Below are positions 44,390-53,625 of a DNA stretch of 56,748 nucleotides, one piece after another. The DNA comes from an uncultured Alphaproteobacteria bacterium. Its GTDB lineage: Bacteria; Pseudomonadota; Alphaproteobacteria; HIMB59; GCA-002718135. The notes beneath the pieces were generated by a model. The model was not told the origin of the DNA and ran no database searches. It was given only the letters and a program-made list of their open reading frames with translations. Location of the stretch: positions 1 to 56,748 of the forward strand of contig CACKQA010000001.1 in NCBI GenBank assembly GCA_902602135.1, given 5' to 3'. Position 1 is the first letter of the stretch. Each line of letters starts with the position of its first letter. A program made the position numbers and the translations under genes.

Positions 44390-45247
44390 CTAATTTTCCT
44401 TATTAATAAAATAAGTTGCTACGATTACAATTATACCACCAATAAAAGTAATTAAACTTGGTATTTCATAAAAAATTATAAACGTTAACAACACACCAAA
44501 TACAGGAAATAGAGCATAAAATGGAAATACTCTATTTACAGGATACATCCTATATAAATAGAACATCGACATGTGTGCAGCAATTGAAACAAAGATACCT
44601 GAATGAAATATTAATAACCATGACTGAAAACTAATAGTTTTTATTTCGTTTATTGTTTGTCCTTCAAATATTGATGATGAAATAATTAATAACATAAATC
44701 CTACTAATCCCATTACTGCATTTGTGAGAGTGACCTCTAAATCTTTAAGGTATCTGGAAAATACCTGTGCACTAGCATAAAAGAATGCCATTAACGTTAT
44801 TAAGATTAATGCAAAAATTTCATTTCTTATTAAAGGATCAAAGCCTAACAAAATAATTCCAAAAAAAGAAATAAATATAAGCACCCATTTTTTAATACTT
44901 ACTTTCTCTTTTAAAAAAAATGAGCTTAATAATATTGCAAATGGTACAGCCAATTGAGAACCAATAATTATCGGAGAAACTATGTTTGCTTCATTTAAAG
45001 ACAATGTCATAAAAACATTTGCTAAAAAACCCATAGAAATTGAAAAAAAGAGAAGTGGTAACCAGTATTTTTTTTCAGGAATTCTAAATCTCCAAAAAGG
45101 CAAAAGGGATATGAAAACTACTAACATTCTTAAACTTCCCATTAATAATGGGGGTACATTTTCATTAAAAATAACTTTCTGAACAGGGTAGGCACTTCCA
45201 AATAAAAAAGTGATTATTAAAATTAAAAAGTAATGTCTTAAAAGCAT
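44390..45247 (-). CDS. DMT-superfamily (EamA-like) transporter
   Basis: 285 aa with about 10 hydrophobic segments in two halves. Confidence 0.7.
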   Translation of the reverse strand: MLLRHYFLILIITFLFGSAYPVQKVIFNENVPPLLMGSLRMLVVFISLLPFWRFRIPEKKYWLPLLFFSISMGFLANVFMTLSLNEANIVSPIIIGSQLAVPFAILLSSFFLKEKVSIKKWVLIFISFFGIILLGFDPLIRNEIFALILITLMAFFYASAQVFSRYLKDLEVTLTNAVMGLVGFMLLIISSSIFEGQTINEIKTISFQSWLLIFHSGIFVSIAAHMSMFYLYRMYPVNRVFPFYALFPVFGVLLTFIIFYEIPSLITFIGGIIVIVATYFINKEN

Positions 45248-45270
45248 TCGAGCTAAAATTTATTTACTGG

Positions 45271-46170
45271 TTAGTTATTTGCAGCAACTACAGCTGCCAT
45301 AATTGATGCAAGTTTAGAATTTTTACTATCTGCTCTACTAGGAACCACAACTGGTACTTTACCACCAATTACTATTCCTGCAGCACAAGCATTCATAAAA
45401 TAAACCATTATTTTAGATAAAGAATTTCCAGTTTCTAAATTAGGTACTAATAATACATCAGTATCACCAGCAACATCGTTCTTAATCCCTTTTATTTTAG
45501 CCGCTTCCTCAGAAACAGCATTATCAAAAGCAAGCGGTCCATGAATAAAAGCATTAATTTTTTCTTCTAACGCAAGTTCCATAACTTTTTTGGCATCAAC
45601 TGAACTTGGCATACTGTCAATTGGATCTTCTGTACCTGATAAAATTGCCACTTTTGGTTTGCTGATGTTTAATTTATTACAAAACTGAACAGCATTTTTG
45701 AGAATCTGTAATTTAATATCAACTCTTGGTGAAACATTCAGGGCGCCATCAGTGATAAAAAGGGGTTTTTTAAGTTGAGGTGTTGTCATATGCCAAATAT
45801 GACTTAATCTTCTACCATCAAGTAAATTAAATTCTTTTTTTAAATAAGAACGCATTAAAATATCAGTATGGAGGTTCCCTTTAATTATGATTTTACTTTT
45901 ATTTTCATTAGACATTTGACAAGCAACTAAAGCACTATCCTCTTCGTCTTTAGCCTCTACAATATTAAAATTTGAAATATCCAAACTTAAATTTTTTGCT
46001 GTTTCTGCAATTAAACTTTTATTTCCAATTAAAGTTGGATCGATGAGGTTCATATTTTTACCTTCAATTACAGCTGATAAAACACTTTCTTGATTGGGGC
46101 ATACAACAGCTGCGGGTATGTTAGGAGTCTCTAAAGCTTTACTTTTAAGATCTTCTGCTAATGTGCTCAT
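45271..46170 (-). CDS. pta: Phosphate acetyltransferase (short PTA_PTB type)
   Basis: 299 aa phosphate acetyl/butyryl transferase fold (GNLHTD, VPNLETGN, SRADS). The call is plausible in context because Xsc produces acetyl phosphate. Confidence 0.7.
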   Translation of the reverse strand: MSTLAEDLKSKALETPNIPAAVVCPNQESVLSAVIEGKNMNLIDPTLIGNKSLIAETAKNLSLDISNFNIVEAKDEEDSALVACQMSNENKSKIIIKGNLHTDILMRSYLKKEFNLLDGRRLSHIWHMTTPQLKKPLFITDGALNVSPRVDIKLQILKNAVQFCNKLNISKPKVAILSGTEDPIDSMPSSVDAKKVMELALEEKINAFIHGPLAFDNAVSEEAAKIKGIKNDVAGDTDVLLVPNLETGNSLSKIMVYFMNACAAGIVIGGKVPVVVPSRADSKNSKLASIMAAVVAANN

Positions 46171-46212
46171 ATTTGGTATTCTCTCTATACCACTGCTACA
46201 ATTTTTCCTATG

Positions 46213-46238
46213 ATATTTCTTTATTGTGTAAGAAATAT
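46213..46238. promoter_or_regulatory. Inverted repeat ATATTTCTT-N8-AAGAAATAT in the pta / aminotransferase divergent spacer
   Basis: 9-bp perfect arms. No cognate regulator is encoded nearby. Confidence 0.25.
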
Positions 46239-46288
46239 TCTTTGATTTATCGATAATTTCATATACTCAATCTCTAATAAGGAAAAAA

Positions 46289-47629
46289 ATGGACTTAGAA
46301 AAAAGAACTGAAATACCTAATTCACTAGAAGAACATTGGATGCCATTTACATCTAATAGAGATTATAAAAATAGTCCAAGATTAATGGTTAAGGCAGAAG
46401 GTGTTTATTATACTGATCATTATGGAAATAAATTAATTGATGCTAGCTCAGGATTATTTTGTAGTCCAGCTGGTCATTCAAGACCAGAAATAAGAGAAGC
46501 AGTATCAAAACAATTAGAGCAATTAGATTATGTTCAACCATTCCAACAAGGTTTTGGTGGTTCATTTGATTTAGCTAGAAAAGTTTCAAAACATACACCC
46601 GAAGATTTAAATAAAATATTTTTTACTATTTGTGGTTCATCAGCTGTTGAAACAGCAATTAAAACAGCCATAGCATATTTTAAAGCAAAAGGAGAAGGTC
46701 ATAGATCTCACATAGTAGGAAGAGAAAGAGGTTATCATGGAATGAATATTGGAGGAATTTCTGTTGGTGGAATGATTGCTAATAGAAAAACTTTCTCAAA
46801 TATTCTTATGCCAAATGTACATCATCTAAGACATACTCACTTACCTGAAAATTTATTTGTAAAAGGTGAACCTGAAACAGGTGCTGATCTTGCAGATGAT
46901 CTTGAAAGAATTGCTGGTAACATTGGTGCAGAAAATATTGCTGCATGTATTGTTGAGCCAGTAGCAGGATCAACAGGAACTTTAGTTCCGCCAAAAGGAT
47001 ATTTAAAAAGATTAAGAGAAATTTGTGACAAGCACGGAATTCTTTTAATTTTTGATGAAGTTATTACTGGATGGGGAAGAATGGGTGCTCCATTTGCAGC
47101 CCAAGCTTTTGATGTTTGTCCTGATATCATGACAATGGCTAAAGCAATTACTAATGGTGTTGTCCCTTTAGGAGCAGTAGCTTCACGTGATCATATCTAT
47201 GATACTATAGTTGATGCTTCACCTACAGGAGCAATAGAATTTTTTCATGGCTACACTTATTCCGCTATACCTGTTTCAATGGCAGCAGGTTTAGCAATGC
47301 AGGATATAATTGAGAAAGAGGATTTATTTAATAGGGCTAAAGATATGTCCCCATATTTCTTAGATGGTTTATTTTCTTTGAAGGATTTAGATATCATTAC
47401 AGACATAAGAGGATATGGAATGATGGGAGGAATTGACATTAAAATGGATGAGCGTTTAGGCAAAGCTGGATATGCTTGTTTTAAAAAATTATTTGAAGCA
47501 GGTTTAAGCTTAAAAGCAACAGGTGATTGTTTAATCGTTGCACCTCCATTTACTTGTGAAAAAAAACATATTGATGAGATAATTGAAAAATTAAGAACAG
47601 GTATCTCAAACTATATGCATGATAGATAA
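46289..47629 (+). CDS. Class III (omega) aminotransferase; taurine/beta-alanine:pyruvate aminotransferase candidate
   Basis: 446 aa with DEVITGWGRMG and a PLP-Lys context MTMAKAITNG. It is followed directly by ald. Confidence 0.8.
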   Translation: MDLEKRTEIPNSLEEHWMPFTSNRDYKNSPRLMVKAEGVYYTDHYGNKLIDASSGLFCSPAGHSRPEIREAVSKQLEQLDYVQPFQQGFGGSFDLARKVSKHTPEDLNKIFFTICGSSAVETAIKTAIAYFKAKGEGHRSHIVGRERGYHGMNIGGISVGGMIANRKTFSNILMPNVHHLRHTHLPENLFVKGEPETGADLADDLERIAGNIGAENIAACIVEPVAGSTGTLVPPKGYLKRLREICDKHGILLIFDEVITGWGRMGAPFAAQAFDVCPDIMTMAKAITNGVVPLGAVASRDHIYDTIVDASPTGAIEFFHGYTYSAIPVSMAAGLAMQDIIEKEDLFNRAKDMSPYFLDGLFSLKDLDIITDIRGYGMMGGIDIKMDERLGKAGYACFKKLFEAGLSLKATGDCLIVAPPFTCEKKHIDEIIEKLRTGISNYMHDR

Positions 47630-48744
47630 TGAAAATAGGCGTTCCATCTGAGATTAAAGCTCAGGAGTCTAGAGTTGGGCTTACCCCACAAAGTATCAAA
47701 GAATTAGTAAAAGATAAACATACTGTTCTTATTCAAAAAGATGCTGGTATTGGTGCAGGCTTTTCTAATAGTGATTATGAATTGTCAGGTGCTAAAATTG
47801 TAAATTCAGCTGAAGATATTTTCAATGATTCTGAAATGATCGTAAAAGTAAAAGAACCTCTAATGAATGAAGTAGCAATGATAAGAGAAAACCAAATTTT
47901 ATTTACTTATTTACATCTTTCAGCAGCTCCAGAATTGACAAAGGGTTTAATTGATTCAAATTCAATTTGTATAGCTTATGAAACGGTAAGTGATCATAAT
48001 AATAAATTACCTCTACTAGCACCAATGAGCGCTGTAGCAGGTAGAATGTCTATACAAGCCGGGGCATATTCTCTTGAAAAACATAAGGGTGGAAGTGGTT
48101 TACTTTTAGGTGGCGCGCCTGGAGTTCAACCTGGAAATGTCTTAATTTTAGGTGGAGGTGTTGTAGGAGAAAATGCAGCAATAATTGCTACCGGTATGCA
48201 AGCAAAAGTTTTCATCGTTGATAAATCAGAAAAAAGATTAGAAGAATTACAAGAAAAATTTGGTGATAAAATAGAACCACTGCATAGTGATAAAATAAAT
48301 CTAAAAGATTATATTGCTGAATGTGATTTACTAATTGGTGGCGTACTTGTTCCGGGTTCTAATGCTCCTAAGATTATAACTAAGGACATGATCAAAGATA
48401 TGAAAAGTGGATCTGTGATTGTTGATGTTGCAATTGATCAAGGTGGTTGTGTTGAAACTAGTAAACCAACAACTCATGCAAACCCTACGTATGTTGTTGA
48501 TGATGTTGTTCATTACTGTGTTGCAAATATGCCAGGAGGAGTTCCTAGAACTTCCACACTTGCTTTAAACGCAGTTACTTTACCATTTATTCAAAACTTA
48601 GCTTCTAACGGTTTTAATGATGCTTTAAAAAATGATAAAAACTTTATGAATGGTTTAAATATTTTTAAAGGTGCAGTTACATATAAAGCTATTGCTGATG
48701 ATTTAAATTATGATTATGCTAATCCAGAAACTTTAGTTCACTAG
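47629..48744 (+). CDS. ald: Alanine dehydrogenase
   Basis: 371 aa with [10 protein letters not shown], the GGGVVG NAD fold and a HYCVANMPG motif. Confidence 0.95.
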   Translation: MKIGVPSEIKAQESRVGLTPQSIKELVKDKHTVLIQKDAGIGAGFSNSDYELSGAKIVNSAEDIFNDSEMIVKVKEPLMNEVAMIRENQILFTYLHLSAAPELTKGLIDSNSICIAYETVSDHNNKLPLLAPMSAVAGRMSIQAGAYSLEKHKGGSGLLLGGAPGVQPGNVLILGGGVVGENAAIIATGMQAKVFIVDKSEKRLEELQEKFGDKIEPLHSDKINLKDYIAECDLLIGGVLVPGSNAPKIITKDMIKDMKSGSVIVDVAIDQGGCVETSKPTTHANPTYVVDDVVHYCVANMPGGVPRTSTLALNAVTLPFIQNLASNGFNDALKNDKNFMNGLNIFKGAVTYKAIADDLNYDYANPETLVH

Positions 48745-49790
48745 AAACTATTAGAAGCTTCAACCATTATTTTTAATTTTATTTTTGCTAAATTTCGAGG
48801 TAAGTGACCAAGACCGCAATCAGGAGCAACAATTAATTGTTCTTTATCAATAAATTTCAATGTTTCATTTATTCTAGAGACTATTTCTTCTTTAGTCTCA
48901 ATTTGAGAGCTTGCAATTTTTATCAAACCAAAAATAACTTTTGTTTGATTAAAATCTTTTAAAAAATCTAGATCATTATATCGATGAGCATCTTCTATAG
49001 AAACTGTATCTATAATTGATTCATCTAAAGCTTTACTAATTTTACTGTAAGAATCTAAAGGTGCTTTTGGATAATTTACTGCATCTAATTTATCAGGATA
49101 GCCGCAACAAATATGAGTAATTTTTTCAATACTTTGATTATTTATATCTTTAAAACATCTTTCTAGGTTTTTGATTCCAAAATTAAGAGCATTCTCGGGT
49201 TTTCTAGCAAACAAAGGTTCATCGACTTGAATATATTTACATCCTGCATCAACTAATCTTTTAATTTCTACATTAATGGCATCAGCTAAGTCTTCACCCA
49301 TATGTTCATCTGAATCATAAAATATATTTGCTATAGTATCTGTTATAGTCATTGGTCCTGGAATAGTAATTTTCAAATCCTTATTGGTTAAACTCTGATT
49401 TTTTTTCCACTCTTCAACTAAAAAAGATTCTTTTGCTTTAACTTTCGAAGTTATTGTTGGTAACCAGCATTTATAATTCCCTGTCCTAGCAATTTTTTCT
49501 GAGAGATTTGCAAAATCAATACCTTCTAAATATCTACAATGATAGTGAATATAATTTTCTCTTCTAACTTCACCATCGGTGAGGATATCAATACCGCATT
49601 CCTCCTGATCTCGAATTATTTCTTTTGTAGCCTTATTAAATAACTCTTCAATATTATTGCCCATCTTTTTTATTTCATCTTCATAAAATTTAGTTGGATA
49701 TTCAGTATCAGTACCACCAGAAGCATTAAACCAATCAGTTATTTTTAAATAACTTGGTTTTGGGTAGGCGCCTATAACAGTAGTTAACAT
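48741..49790 (-). CDS. Single-domain MetE-like Zn-dependent alkyl/methyltransferase (second copy)
   Basis: MLTTVIGAYPKP N-terminus (compare TTHVGSLPRS in the paralog). Putative Zn ligands lie in THICCGY and APDCGLGH. I set the start at ATG 49790, 7 nt after the sulfatase stop. The longer ORF-track form starts at a GTG inside the sulfatase gene. Confidence 0.65.
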   Translation of the reverse strand: MLTTVIGAYPKPSYLKITDWFNASGGTDTEYPTKFYEDEIKKMGNNIEELFNKATKEIIRDQEECGIDILTDGEVRRENYIHYHCRYLEGIDFANLSEKIARTGNYKCWLPTITSKVKAKESFLVEEWKKNQSLTNKDLKITIPGPMTITDTIANIFYDSDEHMGEDLADAINVEIKRLVDAGCKYIQVDEPLFARKPENALNFGIKNLERCFKDINNQSIEKITHICCGYPDKLDAVNYPKAPLDSYSKISKALDESIIDTVSIEDAHRYNDLDFLKDFNQTKVIFGLIKIASSQIETKEEIVSRINETLKFIDKEQLIVAPDCGLGHLPRNLAKIKLKIMVEASNSF

Positions 49791-49797
49791 ATCTTCA

Positions 49798-51333
49798 TTA
49801 TTCCATTTTTCTGCTAAATGGTCCAGAATTTGAATTAACACCTAAACTAGAAAGTTTAGTATTTGATAATTGTCGCTCCTGATGAATCATGCGGTGACTT
49901 AACAATTTTGATACTAGCTCATTTTTAATGTCTTGCAATTCTCCTAGGTTTGATAGATCATTTATTTCCTGAGGATCCTTTTCTAAATCAAATAATAAAC
50001 ATGGCAATGAAGGAAAATGAACATATTTCCATTTATTATTTCTAATGACTGATAGATTACATTGTTCGGGAGCTAATTTTTTATTTTTAACAAATGAAGT
50101 ACTTTCTCTAAAATCATAATCAAAAACAACATATTCCTTATTAGGTGATTTTTCGTATTGATTGTTAATATTATGCATTAGTGATTGACCATTCCAATCA
50201 ATGGGGATTTCACCACCAAGCCATTCTAAAATTGTAGGAGCAACATCTACAGATTCAGTTAAGTGGTTGATTTCATTCGCACTGTTTTGGGGTACATAAA
50301 TAAATAATGGAATTCTATATGAAGAGTCCCACCAACCTAATTTTCCCCATAAATTATTTTCATTAAGCATTTCTCCATGATCGCTGGTAAATATTATCAT
50401 TGTATTCTCTTCTTGCCCTGATTCTTTAAGAGCATTTAAAATTTTACCTATATTAAAATCAACTTCAGCGCACATGGCAAAATAGACACTCATAATATTT
50501 TTGATATCTTGATCTTTCAAAAGATCATAATTAATTTCAGAGAAATTTTCTTTAATTAAAAATTTTTTACATAATTCTTCAAGTAAAGGATGTTTTTTTG
50601 ATAATTCTTTTAGTGAAATATCATTTTTAGATAAATTAATATTATCTGGATTAAATTTACTAAACCATGGATCAGCAACATGCCGCGGAGGATGAGGTTT
50701 TAAAAAAGATACATGCATAAAAAATGGGTCTTTAATTTTTTTTAAATCATTGACCACTTTGTCTGCTAAAAATGCGGTATCTGAAAATTCAGTTGGAATA
50801 TAATATGGTTTATAAATATATGCTTGATCATCTTTAGGCTTTCTTCCCTTGTATAAATCTTCTGCTTTATTAATTTCAAAACCATTTTGATTAAGATGGT
50901 TTGCCCAAGGCTCTGGTTTTCCTCCTGGTAAAACACAACCATCATCAAATCCTTCCATTGGCGATTCATAGGTAAAGTTTTTTTTATCTTTTGGGTCTAA
51001 GTATCTTGGATCCCAAGATGTATCAGTGTATCCATAAAGACTTGGATTATACTTTAGCTTACGAACTTCTTTAGCAATATTTGTAAATCTTTTGTCAAGA
51101 GGTGCACCATTATAAACTGAACGATGTATAAATGGATATAATCCCGTAAGCATAGTAGTTCTAGATGGTCCACAGGGAACAATTCCTGCAAAATGCGATT
51201 TAAAAACAACACTTTGTTTTGCAAGCTTATCCAAGTTTGGTGTCAAAGCATGAGGATGCTCTAGAAAGCTAAAGCAATCAAAACGCCATTGATCAGCACA
51301 TATAAAAAGAACAGATTTTTTGGTTTTTTCCAT
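49798..51333 (-). CDS. Cytoplasmic formylglycine-type sulfatase (alkaline-phosphatase superfamily)
   Basis: Signature CGPSRTTMLTG (C-x-P-S-R), N-terminal metal site region FICADQWRFD and FTSDHGE. It is 511 aa with no signal peptide. Confidence 0.8.
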   Translation of the reverse strand: MEKTKKSVLFICADQWRFDCFSFLEHPHALTPNLDKLAKQSVVFKSHFAGIVPCGPSRTTMLTGLYPFIHRSVYNGAPLDKRFTNIAKEVRKLKYNPSLYGYTDTSWDPRYLDPKDKKNFTYESPMEGFDDGCVLPGGKPEPWANHLNQNGFEINKAEDLYKGRKPKDDQAYIYKPYYIPTEFSDTAFLADKVVNDLKKIKDPFFMHVSFLKPHPPRHVADPWFSKFNPDNINLSKNDISLKELSKKHPLLEELCKKFLIKENFSEINYDLLKDQDIKNIMSVYFAMCAEVDFNIGKILNALKESGQEENTMIIFTSDHGEMLNENNLWGKLGWWDSSYRIPLFIYVPQNSANEINHLTESVDVAPTILEWLGGEIPIDWNGQSLMHNINNQYEKSPNKEYVVFDYDFRESTSFVKNKKLAPEQCNLSVIRNNKWKYVHFPSLPCLLFDLEKDPQEINDLSNLGELQDIKNELVSKLLSHRMIHQERQLSNTKLSSLGVNSNSGPFSRKME

Positions 51334-51375
51334 ATTTACTAATAATTATTAAAGTAATTAATTAGCAAGAAATAC

Positions 51376-51397
51376 ACAATTTTTTACAAAAAACTGT
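51376..51397. promoter_or_regulatory. Imperfect A/T-tract palindrome ACAATTTTTT-AC-AAAAAACTGT in the sulfatase / SBP divergent spacer
   Basis: Arm positions pair at 9/10. The nearby direct repeat GTCAAA(T/A)TT occurs twice. Confidence 0.15.
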
Positions 51398-51484
51398 AAT
51401 AAAAGTGTCAAATTTTTTTGCTAAAAAGTCAAAATTGTTTACAAACTAAATCATACGATAAATTTATCTTATAGGAGAAAATAT

Positions 51485-53539
51485 ATGTTAAAAAAATTAT
51501 TCATAGCGTTGGTATTTTCTTCCGCAACTTTTGTTTGGAGTGGAAGCTCTTTTGCAGGTGGTCATTGTGTAGGTACAACAATGAACGATGCACAGACAGG
51601 CGGAAAATATCCTCAGCAATATGAGTTGTCGGAATATGAAAGTGCAGCCAGCTGTACGATGAAATTTTCTGACAATCCAAATATTGCTAGCATTAACGCT
51701 ACAATACAAGGTAACCCAGGAAGTCTACCTCCAGTTGAGGATAGATTACCTGACGAGCCGCTTGTTGTAGTGCCATATGATTCTATTGGTAAATATGGAA
51801 ATACAATAAACTTTTTATCAAACGCAACTGAAGCTGGAACTTCAGATATGTTATCTACAAGACACGTTAACTTATTACGTTTTGCTGATGACTTAAGTAC
51901 AATTGTTCCAAACGTTGCTAAAGATTATGAGTGGAATGATGATTTTACTACTTTAACGTTCATGTTACGTAAAGGTCACAAGTGGTCAAACGGTGAACCT
52001 TTTGTAGCAAGAGATGTTGAGTTTTGGTACGAAGATTTGATGATGAATCCAAATATTCGTGAAAAACCATATCCATATCTATTAGTTGGTGGTGAACCAA
52101 TGACTGTTGATGTAATTGATGATCAAACAGTAAGATTTAATTTGCCATCACCATTCCCTGGTTTAACTGCAACTATTGCATGGTCATATAACCAGTTCTT
52201 TATGCCTTCACATTTCCTAGAACAATTCCATCCGGATATTGATGCAAATGCAGATGCAAATGCACAAGCTTTAGGATTTGAAAACGGTTATGATGCTTTA
52301 GCAGCATATTATGGTAACTCTGGTTGGACTGATACTCCAACTCCTTTACTTGCTAGACCTGATCTAGTTGATGGATTGCCTTATGCTGCGTATCCTTCTT
52401 TAGAAGCTTATATGACTATTGAAGATACTACTGAAGGTAGAGTCTATGCAGCTAACCCATACTTTTTCCAAGTTGATACAGCTGGAAATCAATTACCATA
52501 CATTGATTATCAAAATGAAAGATACATCAATGAAAATGAAATAAGATTATTAAAACTTGTTAATGGTGAAGTTGATTATAAATCTCAGTCTGTTCAATTA
52601 GAGTCTGCTCCTCAATTACTTGATGGTGCTGAGTCTGGTGGATATCAAGTTCAAATCAATCCAGGTTGTGGTGCTGCATTATTTAGTTTTAATGTTACAC
52701 ATCCTGATCCTGAAAAACGTAAAGTATATGGGGATATTCGTTTCCGTCAAGCAATGTCAATTGCGATGAATAGAGACGAAATCAACGAAGTTGCATATTA
52801 CGGCTTAGGTAAAGTTGAGCAGTTTGTAGGATTTTCTCCTGCACCTGACTTCGTTCCTGAAAGTATAAAAATGCATATGACTCAATACGATCCAGATGGA
52901 GCAAATGCTCTTCTTGATGAAGTAGGATTAAAAGACGTTGATGGTGATGGATTTAGAGAATTACCAAATGGTGATGCTCTAGCTATTAACATAGACTACG
53001 CTACTCAAGGTATTGGTGGTGTTGAAGTTGAACTTGTTGCTAGATACTTCAATGAAGTAGGTGTAAAAACTACTTTTAAAGAGGTAACTCCAGATGAATA
53101 TCGTGGTTCGCAAGCTGCAAACCAACTTGATGTTCACGTTTGGGACAAAGGTCAACCATTAGCAATTGTTGCTGGTAACCCAGAAACATTTAAACCTCCG
53201 TTTGGTAATTACTTTAACCATACACAAGGTTTAGATTGGGCAGCATACATTGATAGTAATGGTGACGAAGGTACTAAACCTCCTCAGTGGGTATATGACT
53301 TAAGTGATGGAATTGATAAATTCCAATCTTACGCTCTTGGTACTGCTGAATCTAATGAGTGGGGTGAAAAAATTGCAACAATGTTAACAGAGCAAAGTCT
53401 ATTGATTGGTACGGTGAAAGCACCTTTCCCAACTTATCATAGAAATGCGTTGAAAAACTTTACACAATTTAAAACTACTTCGTATGAGTATTATAGAACA
53501 TACCCATACCTAGCTACTCAATGGTGGTTAGACGAGTAA
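51485..53539 (+). CDS. ABC transporter substrate-binding protein, family 5 (peptide/opine/nickel type), unusually long
   Basis: Signal peptide (..WSGSSFAG) and 684 aa, followed by DppB/DppC/DppD-type genes. Confidence 0.8.
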   Translation: MLKKLFIALVFSSATFVWSGSSFAGGHCVGTTMNDAQTGGKYPQQYELSEYESAASCTMKFSDNPNIASINATIQGNPGSLPPVEDRLPDEPLVVVPYDSIGKYGNTINFLSNATEAGTSDMLSTRHVNLLRFADDLSTIVPNVAKDYEWNDDFTTLTFMLRKGHKWSNGEPFVARDVEFWYEDLMMNPNIREKPYPYLLVGGEPMTVDVIDDQTVRFNLPSPFPGLTATIAWSYNQFFMPSHFLEQFHPDIDANADANAQALGFENGYDALAAYYGNSGWTDTPTPLLARPDLVDGLPYAAYPSLEAYMTIEDTTEGRVYAANPYFFQVDTAGNQLPYIDYQNERYINENEIRLLKLVNGEVDYKSQSVQLESAPQLLDGAESGGYQVQINPGCGAALFSFNVTHPDPEKRKVYGDIRFRQAMSIAMNRDEINEVAYYGLGKVEQFVGFSPAPDFVPESIKMHMTQYDPDGANALLDEVGLKDVDGDGFRELPNGDALAINIDYATQGIGGVEVELVARYFNEVGVKTTFKEVTPDEYRGSQAANQLDVHVWDKGQPLAIVAGNPETFKPPFGNYFNHTQGLDWAAYIDSNGDEGTKPPQWVYDLSDGIDKFQSYALGTAESNEWGEKIATMLTEQSLLIGTVKAPFPTYHRNALKNFTQFKTTSYEYYRTYPYLATQWWLDE

Positions 53540-53560
53540 TTTAACTCAATAAATAATAAA

Positions 53561-53597
53561 AAAAGCGGCAATTATATATTGCCGCTTTTCTTTTTTT
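53561..53597 (+). terminator. Rho-independent terminator/attenuator after the SBP gene
   Basis: 12-bp stem AAAAGCGGCAAT / ATTGCCGCTTTT with a 5-nt loop, followed by C + T7. Confidence 0.75.
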
Positions 53598-53625
53598 AAT
53601 TATTCTTGTCTCCAAATTATTTTAT

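Noticed and set aside
46210-46245. An 11-codon uORF (MIFLYCVRNIL*) lies in the pta/aminotransferase spacer.
   Set aside because: It has no RBS, its composition is as expected for AT-rich DNA, and it merely overlaps the inverted repeat. A chance ORF is the simplest explanation.
49791-49841. The ORF track gives a 17-codon N-terminal extension of the second MetE-like gene, overlapping the sulfatase by 44 nt.
   Set aside because: The extension begins at a GTG inside the sulfatase coding region. The ATG at 49790 gives an N-terminus (MLTTVIGAYPKP) that aligns with the paralog (TTHVGSLPRS).
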